Assembly (NCBI GenBank): GCA_000165425.1
Contig: CT868174.1
Location: 434,001 to 498,000 of the forward strand
Origin: Paramecium tetraurelia
Lineage: Eukaryota
Direction of reading: 5' to 3'
Length of the DNA: 64,000 nt
Position 1 is the first letter of the stretch. Each line of letters begins with the position of its first letter. Below are positions 1-12,185 of the stretch, one piece after another. Under the pieces are notes generated by a model. The model was not told the origin of the DNA. It saw nothing but the letters and a program-made list of their open reading frames with translations, and did no database searches. The position numbers were made by a program, and so were the translations under genes.

Positions 1-3000
1 TCAGGATACTCAACATTAATAAATCTTAAAAAAGATTGATATTACAATAAATTCAAGGTTTCAACAACAAAAGAACTTTCACCAGAAACTAAAGATATTA
101 CACATATTGATATTGCTCCGATCATGAATGCTTTATTCGATTATTAGGCATAATTAGATACTTATTTGAGTTATTCAGACATTATTTTTGGTGTTTATAG
201 AGTAATTGATTAATTACTATTAAAGAGTGATTAATTATTTCCATTAATAATTTCTTGATTCAACTAAACTAAAAGAACTGGTTTTGTTTAAAGCTCTAAA
301 AATAATTCAATTTAAACCTAATACTAAGCATGTTAAAGATCAAATGAGATATCTTAAATTGAATTGATTTTAATATTATAATACTGAGAATCTAAGTCGT
401 TAATGCTTATGTTAAATAGATTTTTGTCTTTTTAAACCTCATCACTAAATTTGACTTCTTAATCAAAAGTAATATCAACATACTATAGAGCAAATGATTA
501 AGTTTTATAAGTAAGTTTCATACTAGGTTTTTTAGAGTATACACATTCATATCCTCTGCATAACATATTTTCATTTAATGACAACCATTCAGGATTTTAA
601 CCATAACTTGTATTGTTATTATTACTTGCATTATTATTTTAAGTTTCTTCAGTATTGCTAAGATTAAGATCATCATTTTCTTTATTGAACGAACATTAGT
701 TATTTTATAAGGTATAGTCATTTTGGCATTAAAAACATTCCCCTTAGTTGCATATTTGACAATATAATGTACATTAAAATTTGCATTCATAACATCCATC
801 ATAAGGAACATCATTCTTATCATCGCAATATTCATTGCCTGCAACAATACCATCTCCACATTAAGTAAAACAATCATTACTCTAATTATCATAATACAAT
901 CCTTTTAAATCTTCACATGATGCTAGTTATTCACAAATACTTTTTGATTGTATAAGTATTAAAGGGGATTCACATAATGTACACTATCCAAATTAGCAAT
1001 CTAAACATTCCGTTTGACATTAATATTTACACTAGTAACAACCATCATATTTCAAATCATTGCCATCATCACAAGCTTCATCGCTTGCTAGTATCTTATC
1101 ACCACAAACAGAGTTGCATGAATTACTTACAATATCCAAATAGAACCCTGAAATGCAATTAGTACAAATTCCATAAGCACAGAACTCACAATATTGAGGA
1201 CAATAGAATTTACAATTTAAACAAGTATCTAATTCATATTCTCTTCTGTCATCACATTCCTCTTCCTAAACAATAATACCATCTCCACATTTAGGCATAC
1301 ACTAGTTTCCATAATATCCAAATTCACATTCTAAACATTTGTAATGCACACATTTTTTACAAGTTTTAGGGCATTTATTCATGTTATAATCAATTATACA
1401 TGTGTTGGTAAATGAATCAAGATATGGTGATAATTTCAGTTATTATTGACAAAGACTTTATGGTGCTACTATTAAATTACACATATACTCAAAATTTTCA
1501 AAGTATACATAATCTTCACATTAAATGCAACTGTTTCCAATTTAAATATGACAGTATTCTATTATCATAAAACTATACTCTAGAGACTTAATGCAATATT
1601 TTTTGTTTGAGGATAATTCATATCCGTCCTTACATTGGTAACATATACCAAGTTAACACAATAAGCAATTTAAATTGCAAGTAAGTTGACAAGATTAACA
1701 ATTTTGATAAATCTGTAATGAAGAGTTAATATCACATTATTCATTATTTTTCTAAAGACCATCTCCACATATAGAGTAACATTTAGATTATATTAATTAA
1801 TAACCTTCTTAACAATCATAACAGATTCCTTAAAGACAATAAAGACAAGAGTCCTAACAATTAAATTGACAAAGATGGCATCCGTCTCCAATAATAAAAT
1901 TACCATCATCACATTATTCATCTTAAGTTATTATTTTATCACCACAAATTGAATAACATAAATTATCAATTCTATTGTAACCACTTTTACATTAGAGACA
2001 ACCAAGTCCACTAGTACTACAATTGAGACAAGAAGATTAACATATTGCTTAACAATTATTACAACCTTTATATGGTAATATAGAAGAAATCTCACATTAT
2101 TCACCAACCCACAACCAAAGCATCCCCACAAATTGGTATACATATTTTTTTATCAGAAAGATAATATCCAGTAGCGCATATTTTCACATCTATTATTTAC
2201 ACAACTTGTGCAAATAGTTGTTGGCTAACACTAAAATTAACAAGAGCTACTGCAACCATCATTATTAATTGTATTGCCATCATCACATTGCTCTGAATTG
2301 ACTTCCCTGAAGGATCAACTACGGCTAAGCCATCTCCACATACATTTTCACAATAGTAAGATTTAAGAACAAACCCAGGGAGTGCACAACTTAAGCATTT
2401 TTTGGTTGTATAATCACAAGATGAACAACCAATTCTGCAGAAGTACTTACAATCTTTGCACCCATCCGTATCAGAAGTGTTTCCATCTTCACATTATTCA
2501 CTGCCAATTATTAGCCCATCTCCACATTTTTCTTTACATTACCAAGGAGTAATTAAAGGATCAATATACCAACCTCCAGTTGCACACTCAAAACATAGTC
2601 CTTTTATACACTTTGTACATTAGGGTTAACATTGATATTTACAATTAAAACATCCATCATATTAAATAGTATTCCCATCTTCACATTCTTCTACTCCTGT
2701 AATAATTCCATCTCCACAAACATCAGGACAAGGTAAAGTAGTTAATAAATCGCAAGTTAAACAATGAGCTGGACATTAAAATTAACAATTATAGCATAAG
2801 TCATTAAGGATTGTATTATTATCTTCACATTATTCATATCCTTTGATTTATAAATCTCCACAAATAGGTTGACATTCTCCAAATACTAATTGAAATCCAG
2901 TATCACAAGAACTACAAGTTATTGTATGCCATATCAACTAATTATTATTACACAATTTATAACATTCGCTAAGAGATGGATCTTCTGTAATTGGACAATC

Positions 3001-5684
3001 TATAATATGATTATTAAATATACTTGTACAAACATTACTTAATTCATAATAACCAGGTGCACAAACACATTTTAACCCTTTTAATAATCTATTTAAAGTA
3101 GAATTACATGTTAAACAGCCATCAATTGTGATTCTAAAGCATGTTAAGCATGATGAATGACAAGATGAACAAGTTTATATTGTAAATTAATAAGACATCC
3201 CTGTTGGACATCTACACGTTGATCCTACTTTTTCAATATTAGGAATATCATTGCAAGTTAAACATTCATCAGATGTTGGTCCAGTGCAAGTTTTACAAAA
3301 TTAATGACATAGCTAACATTTAGGATCAGAAATAATTGGATAATATCCATCAATACAATTACATTACCCATTTGACAATTGTCTATTATTAATAGTCAAG
3401 CATTCTATACAATTAGTAGAACTTAAACATTAATTACATTCAATAGGACAATTAAGACATTAATTTGAATCTTCATATTAATGTATTGTGCAAGTACATC
3501 CTAATTTAGATTAGGTATAAGTTGATTAACATGTTTACACAATCTAATTTAAGATGTACAAGTTAAACAAGATGATGGACAAGTTATACATCTAACAGAT
3601 TCTTTATCATAATATTGATTACTCTAGCATTCTGCTTGAGAAAATTTAACTATATTAGAATCATAAGTGCTGTTCCATTAAGTACATGTAGATTAATCTG
3701 AACATTATAAACAATAAGGTTAACAATTATGAACAGCAATATAATAATTATAGTATGCACAATATGCCTTGATTGGTTCATTATTTGGACCAAAGCATTC
3801 CCAAGTTATTGTTAATGTATTTGCATTATGGTTGATTCTTTCATAAACAATTTAATATTTTGAACCATCAAATTTAGAGTAATGTTAATTTGCAGTTGAT
3901 TTAGTGACTGGTGTATTACTTTCAATTTTATATATAAACTTCCCATCTGAAGGGAATGAAGGTCCATATAAAATATAAAAATGCAATAGTAACACTGTGA
4001 TGTGGATTGATTATATTATGAACCCTTTAGAATTTAGCTTATGCCCATACAAAAGGTCCTCCAAAGACTCTATATCCTTACCAATAAGAATAATAGATAT
4101 CTGATCCTCTTAAAAGGTTTGATCCACTTTGAGAGAATTAAAGTATATTTTCCATAGTATTCTGGATCACCTGTCTAAATCTAGATATTCTTAAACCAAA
4201 TTATTAAGAATCTATATATAAATATAATATGATACAAGGTGTTTCATCATCATAATCATAGCAATATGAACCACTCAATCTCTAATATGGAGATGAGCAA
4301 CTCCATATGCAACTACCATCTCGATAAAAATAGTAACCACTTTTACAAGTCTTACATTTAAATGATACTTCACACAATTCACAATCTTTATGGCAAAATC
4401 CTGAAGTAATATAAACTAGTCTTAATCCCCATCCTGCTGTGCCATCTCTAAGCTACAAAATGATATTTACGTATAATTTCCTATCGCTTAAAATAAAAAT
4501 GCTTATTTTGGAATATCAATATATGAAATTAGGTCATATTGTTTAGTCAAATACGTAACTGTTGAAGAAATTCCATAATTATATTGATAGGAGATTTTTG
4601 AATTATGGGTTTGAATTCCAGAAGCATTTCTATAAATAGATCCGTAATAAGTATTGTTAATCTTAAACTATATTCCACAATTAATTGGAATTTCATTATA
4701 AAGCATAATTGTTATTTTCAATCCAATCAAAAAAGTGGAAGAAGAATAAGTAGACAATGAGTCGAAATATCTATAAACTCCAGAATTATACTTTAATACT
4801 CCTAATGCAAATAAATAAATATTAATAGCAGTTGGAGTTGTATCAACATGTTATGGATCATATATTAACGACCATTTGAAAACTTCATTACTATAGATTG
4901 AATCATAAATATAACTAGTTATTATACGGCCAACTAATATTAGTTAAAGATACATACTTGGATAAAATTAACAAAATCCATTATAATATAATGGAGACAT
5001 GATATCACAAATGTCTCTGCATCCTTCCTCCTTCCAATAGTATTAATTTGAAGGACAAGGTGGACATTAATTATTTGTTTGGATCCCATAATAGCAGCTT
5101 GTACATTAATTGTATTTTGGACCTGTGCATGAATTACATGATGGATAGCATTTTAATCTTGAGACAAAGATATTTCTAATCGAAACTAAACCTGCATCTG
5201 TATTAGAGGATGTAAATTTCATTCTAGCATAAGTACTACCTTCTGCTATTTGTAGTGTAAAATTTAAAGTTTTAACTTCAAAAGGAGTAGCATCACAAAA
5301 TCCAGTTGTCAATAGATAAGTGGTAGGGGAATTATAAATATATGAATAAGAAAATGATCCTAAGGTAAATTAAACATTTTGAGAAGACCATGTACTCTGA
5401 AAATATAAATCCATAGATATCCAATCCTAATCATAGAATAAGTATTAATTAGAAGTTATTGCAGATGGATATACATTAGTTAAAGTAATGTAACTTGTAG
5501 GAGGAGTTGTACAAGTGATAAAATTTGCAGATGTTTAGCTTGAAGGCAATGTAAAATTTCCTGAGCTTGATCCTCCGCTTGTTGTAAATATCATATCAGT
5601 ATCTAAAAAATTTTTATGTATTTCCCATTAACAATTTGAATTGTCAAGCAAGGTGAATAGGTAATAAATGATCGAAATAGTCAT
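1..5684 (-). CDS. Large cysteine-rich surface/membrane protein (CGDG...E.CDDGN...DGC repeats plus furin-like CxxC repeats). 3' end runs off the window; apparent frameshifts at ~3540-4205
   Basis: Code 6 from ATG 5684: MTISIIYYLFTLLDNSNCQW (signal-like), many CGDG/CDDGN repeats, tiny introns (e.g. 4448-4470). Collinear with 31325-39898 on the opposite strand. Several single-base insertions relative to that paralog. Confidence 0.85.
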
Positions 5685-5945
5685 AAATAAATAAATAAAT
5701 AATTAATAGAGTTAGAAATTTAAAATAGTAGAAATGCAAATAGCTTATAATTAGAATTTACCTATTAGAAATGATTTAACCTATTAAATAATACATTGTA
5801 AATAAGGATTCGATAATTATTATAATTATATTGATTTAACTTTTATAATGAATAAGTAATATCTATATATATATATTATATATTATTTATAAATTAATTT
5901 TGCAATAAATAAAATATTTAAAATATGAAACACAAAATGAGAGAT

Positions 5946-8900
5946 TCAATCTCTTAGATAAGGATTTTCAGGAAAACGATATCTTTTAACTATTTATCTC
6001 TTTTTTGCTCTGTAATATCGTGTTGTTATTGGAACTGCATATTTTTCAAAGAGTATAGTGATTATCATATTAATAATCATTAAAATGAACATTGCAATCA
6101 ACCATTTTTAGGGCATTTAGCTATCTTGAAAATTGAAAATCAACTAAAATATATTTGTGTTTAATACCTTAAAAATATCTTCAGCTAAAAATTCAGGATG
6201 TTATGAAAAGAAAAACACATAAAAATTAATTATAAACAGAATGATTAAAACACAAGTAAATCCAAAATTTGTATAAAATTCTCTTCTAAATGGTTTTCCA
6301 ATTGAAAATGCTATGCATTAAAATATGTATTGGAAACTTGAATATAAGAATAAACTCTAAATTAAATAATTAAATAAATTACAGTATTTTCATAGTTGAT
6401 CATCATTGCATAATGATCATCTGTATTCCCTTCATGAATTACAAAATTACTCACATACCAGCTTTATGTACGTAATGTAAAATAAACAATACATTGGAAT
6501 GATAATTGAATAATAGTTTGCCCAATAACAGACATCAAAACAGGAAATGAGAGTAAGTTTGAGCCTGGCTAAAATTATGTCAATTGTTTATAGGCTTTAG
6601 TCTTACCCATAGTAAAGGCTAGAGGTATAATTAAGACTAAATCAATATAGAGAAACTGAAAGTCTGAAATCTTGGCTAAAATTAAATAGAGCAAAGTGCA
6701 AGTGATGAATTAGATCATACTATATAATGCCATATATTTAAAGCATTGGAAACTTGTAACCAAAGAAGCTCGTCCTTCTCTCAATAATTTAACAACGCAA
6801 GAAATGTCTTAAATTTTCGATGTGAATGGAGCAGCAATTGAGGCTTCAGCTTCAGATAGAGATATGCCGACATCTGCAGCTTTTAAAGCTCCACAATCAT
6901 TGGCTCCATCTCCACACATTCCACATAATGCCTTTTTACTAATTTTTTGGAGATGTGTAATCAATTAAGCCTTTTGTTCAGGTTTCATTCTTGCAAATAT
7001 TTATGCCCTTTCTAAGAGTTTACCAAAAACCTTTCGAGCTGCTGGATTTGTGTCGATTTATTTGGTTAGCAATTAAAATGCTTTTCCTGAGATGGCAATA
7101 ACGAAGGGCTCGTTGGTTTTCCATGGATCCTGATCATCAATCAAATGATCTAAATTTTCAAGAATTAGTTGTTTCTCTTTTTCTTTATAAGATTGAATTT
7201 TGCTTTTTTGTAATTATTAAGATCTCCTAGATATTGATTTTCTATCATAAGAAGTTTAATGATAATCTTCTAAATCATCCTTTTAGATAATTTCATCCAA
7301 ATCCTCATTTAAAGCAACTTCTAAAGTCTATTAATCTTTCATTGATAGTTAATTCCAAATGATTTCATTCTCATCCTCTTGATTATCAGGATCGTCCTGA
7401 ATGTCTAATTCTGGAGATAGATTTTCTGGATTGAGTACATTATCACTCATATCAAAATCTTTCCATACAATTTAATTCTTCCCATTAATTTTCTCCTCTC
7501 CAATATCCCCTAAGAATATTCTTTAGTTAGGTAAAACTATAGAACATTATCTGGCAACTGAAATAGCTGTTAGAACATTATCTCCTGTGACCATAATTGT
7601 CCTTATAAATCCATCTTAAAGTGTTTATATAGTCTTTGTTGTAGCTGATTTCAATTTATTCTACATGATTAATAATCCAATAAAAGTGAGATTAGATTCC
7701 ACATCATCACGATTTGTTTCCTTTTATAATGTTTTTGCTCCACAAGCCAATATTCTAAATCCTAATTTTGAGTAGAAATCCAGAATTTTATGAAAACTAG
7801 ATGGTACACTTTGTTTCTTACATAATTCCCTTAACTTTTCAGGGGACCCTTTGACATAGGCTTTCAATTCTCCATCCTTTTCTACAATCACACTCATTCT
7901 CTATAGAGTTGATGAGAATTCAAATCTTTTAAGTATTTTTATTTAACTACCATCTTGAGAATAAACAAAAGAATTGATGTCATCTAGTTTATATTAAGTG
8001 GCTTCGAACATCTTAATTTCTAGAGGATCTCCAATCAAATTATTGTTAACAGTTGCTAAACTATGACATGATGCCATAATGTCATATAAAACTTACTTTG
8101 GTGTTCTCTTTAATTCATTAAATGCTACATTTGAATCATCAAGCACAACTGACTTATCATGGATATTTAGATCACTGATATTAATTATTAAGTCATCAAA
8201 TTTGAGCTTTTGTTTTTCTATCATTTTTAGATTTAATTATACTTTCACTATATCCAATAGCTCTAACTCCATATAGATCTAGGCCATCTTCGGTTAAAGT
8301 ACCAGTTTTATCGAAGCACATTATTGTTATCTTTCCTGCAACATTAACTTTGTTAGGTGAGATACAATAGATCTTCTTCTTTTACAATCTTGCCAAAGCG
8401 AAAGAAACTCCAATTGATAAACATGTAGGCAGAGCAGGAGGTACTGTAATTGTAACTAAATCAAAGGAATTTATGATAAACCAAAAAATAGTCATCTATC
8501 CATTTTTAATACCTTCAATTGTGTTTGGTAATGCAATTAGCCATCCAACAAATGCCATTATGGCTAAAACTACTAGAAATAATAGTGAATCTTTATAAAA
8601 TGAAAAAGTAACTGGTTTTGGATATAAGATTGATCTAACTAACTCACCTTTTATTGTTGAGAATCCAGTTTGAGTTGCAAGTGCCAAAACAGGAATCTTA
8701 CTTTTTTCAGGATGTCTTGCCTCAATACATTTTGTACCTGCATAGAGAGTGAATGTTTTTGAATCCTCCTATGGATTGTACATATTACTATTGTATGGCA
8801 ACTACGTTTTGATGATTGGTATTGATTCCCCTGTTAACATAGATTCATTTACGATGGCTGATCCATTCAATAGTATGCAATCACAAGGAACTGTCCAATC

Positions 8901-9790
8901 GTTCTGTACTTCGATCAGATCACCAGGAACAATGTCATTTGAATTATATTTTACCCTAGTTGAAATTAGATCATATGGAATAATAAGAGATTCATTTTCG
9001 ATTCTTATTCCATTTTATTTTCTATACAAATTTTCAGTTGTATTTTATGCAGACATCTCTCTAAGCCGTTTGAAATTGGTCTTTGTTTCTCTTAAACTGA
9101 TGATAATAGATATCAAAGAAGAAAGCAGTATTACAATAGCATAATACGTGTATGACTCTATTAACCATAAAGTAACGCTGAAAGCTTGGAATAAGTAAAA
9201 TGGAGATAGCACTTCATCTATTAATATTTTGACTGTAGATTTATCAGGTATGGTTGTGTTATTATATCCATATAATTATGCAATCTCCTGGGGATTTGAT
9301 AAACCTTTACAAAATTACTTTATGATTTCTTTGTGCTATAATTTATAAAATGATGTTTCGATAGGCTTGAATACTCCGTCCTCCAAAAAGTAAGAGTAGA
9401 GTCTATAACTAAAAATCTTCATTTTCAACTGCTTCTCATTTTTCTTTATCTGTTTCTCCTCTATTTTTACAAGTTCTATTTCATCCAGGGCAGAGTAAAT
9501 GAGCAGATGCGTTGCTTCATCCAATAAGCACTTTTAAAATTTTAACCATATATTAAATTTTTATTCCCATCTTGTAAATAGATATGCTAAACCAACTACG
9601 TTTATGAAAAATTATGATTACGCGATATGACACAAAAAAACCAATACATAATTTGCTCCCAAAATGGCGATTTGTAGGGAACTATTTATTTGATAATGCC
9701 TTCTTCTTAAATGAATTTGGGCATTACAAATTGCACTTAGTAAAAATCAACTTTGCATAACAATTGTTCTTCTACGGGTTTTACTTTCAT
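5946..9790 (-). CDS. P5B-type P-type ATPase (ATP13A-like cation/polyamine transporter)
   Basis: TVPPALP (M4, P5B signature), FDKTGTLT phosphorylation site (~8300), [17 protein letters not shown]-terminal TM helices, TGA at 5946-5948. Start may be 9790 or the in-frame ATG at 9724; tiny introns near 9600 and 6360. Confidence 0.93.
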
Positions 9791-10860
9791 AAAGTTTAAT
9801 TTTATAAAAGTTATTTCTCCCAAATATTTACCTCAGCTGCTAATTACGTCATTTTAAGATAAATTGCAGTGATCGAAAAAAATCAAGTTCAAAATGACAT
9901 CTTTTTATATTACGTAATAAATTTAATGATTCTTTCAATTGAAATAGTAAGTAACTTTCTGTATTTAAAATAAAATTAAATTAGACTTGAAATTCAAAAT
10001 GTAATTTCGCTACCTCATCGTCATCCCTATTATTAAACAAATTTGGTTTGCATTCATAAATACAAATAAACCTAATATTATTATCATTAATCTCTTCATG
10101 AAAAAACATCTAAGAGCCAATTCTACTAAAGTTGAAAATAGAACTCTGTAAACATAGATATATTATTAATATATTTTGCAATAATCAGTTTTCAAATTTT
10201 TAAATTACTTGAATTAATTTCTAAATCGATCCAATTTTATTATTAATTCAAATAATAATCAATAAGAATTAAAACAAGCAAGATGAAGTTCTTAATAAAA
10301 AAAATGAAAGAGAGTGCTCTCATATCAGTTATTTAATCCTTTCCTTACATTTTTAATGAATAGAAAATTAATAATAGAAAACTATATTTAAGGATTATCC
10401 TTGAAAGTATTGTCTCAAGATTTGAAAATCCTTAGAAAATTGGAATCAGTTCATATATTCATCGAGAATTACAAATATTGTGATCAGTGGATTGGAAGAA
10501 TAAAGTTGCATTAAACATAAATTAAAATTTACATAAATACAAGAGGGTAATTAGAATTTAGAGAATCATAAGCTATATTAATATGGTTTAAAATACAATG
10601 GTGATGGTAATATAAAAATAGTAAGCACTATGATTTAATTTAGATAATTTTGATTATTTCAAATACATAAATTACTTTGATTTTCAGTTCCAAGAATAAT
10701 TGGAAAGTGTTTTAGGAAGGGAATCCAAAAAATTAATATAACAACAACCTATGATAAATTAGATATCACTTTATATAAAGTTGCTAAATAATATTGGATA
10801 TAATTCAATTCAAAATATTACAAATGGATTTATATAAAAATTATAATCAAACTAGTAATT

Positions 10861-12147
10861 TCATTTAATACTAAATGTTCTCTTTCGCAATGGGGATTTT
10901 TTAGAAATTCTCATTTATTTAACGCAATTAATAAAAGTCTAATCTACGCATTTCATTGGGACATAACCAAAAGTCTAACGTAATCTATCTGGGTTTAATA
11001 GATCAGTTGATAATAATGATCTTTGGGACAAGTAATCTTAAGATTGCACTTAACCAAATTTCACCTTAAATCTGATTGGAATTTGTGGAATAATTGGTTA
11101 AAAGTGAATTTCTTCTATTTATTTTGGAGCATCTTACACTTTAACCATTTAGAGATTGATTTTTTGTGATATTACTTTATCTCTGATTTTCTACATGGAA
11201 CTCCGATGATGTAATTGTCTCTATGATAAGGCTCTTGGTTTAGAGATGGTTGAGAATAGTCTATAATTATCAATAAACTGCCGTGCACAAATTTTCAATA
11301 ATTTGCATGAGGATTAGGTTTGTGCCTCTGAACTTCTTAATTAATGAGGGCAATCCTCATAGTATAATTCCATGTCACCAAAATATTGGTTAGTAGTAAG
11401 ATGAGTGATTCCATCGATTTTATTGATTTAGTTTTTTGATTCACCAGGTTCTTCTATTCTTCTGAATACTTTCAATTTAACTTCACCGCTGACTATAAAG
11501 TACACAAAATCAATGGGCTAATTCTATTTAAAGATGTAAGTGAAGGGAGAATAATACTATTCTTCGCAATTCATTAACATCGCTAATAGAGCACTGTCTT
11601 TCCAGCCTTCAAAAAGTGAGATCGATTTTAGAAAATTAAATTTGTAGTCGTTCTATTGTTAGCCTGCCAATGATAAGATCTTTTGATAAGTGTCATAAGT
11701 AATAACTGCTAATTCTAATTTTGTAATGGAACAAACAGAAGCATTTCTAGGTCCTTTCTGATGCAATGCAACTTCGCCAAAATATGTTCCTGCTTTTAAG
11801 ATGTTGACAAATTGATATTAGAAGTACCTTCTCTCAGTAATCTCTTGGAATGTGTGATATTTGCCAGGATGTGGTTTTGCATCAGCATTTTTTGGTTTGA
11901 ATATGCCTACTGTACCGTCGATTATAAAATACATTCTTCTGCCTATGTCACCTGCTTCAAAGATAGGCGTAAGTGGTGGGTATTTCTCATATTTGATTTA
12001 TTCAAATAGCATCAGATATAATTGGGCATCTAATTTAGATTTCAAGTTGCGAATATAATCGAATTGCTTAAAAAAGTATTCTTCTAATTCTTGGATTTGA
12101 TCATGATTCCTTAATTCAGTCTGCAGAATAGTTTTAATTTCTTGCAT
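10861..12147 (-). CDS. Tandem cyclic nucleotide-binding domain protein (~428 aa)
   Basis: Intronless code-6 ORF: IFEAGDIGRRMYFIIDGTV...GTYFGEVALHQKGPRNASV, second domain VYFIVSGEV...YFGDME. Confidence 0.9.
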
Positions 12148-12185
12148 TATATATTAATAACTAAAACAATGAGTTAAATAAATTA

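Noticed and set aside
9850..10165. ~100-codon open frame on the minus strand
   Set aside because: No recognisable motif or convincing start; expected by chance under code 6.
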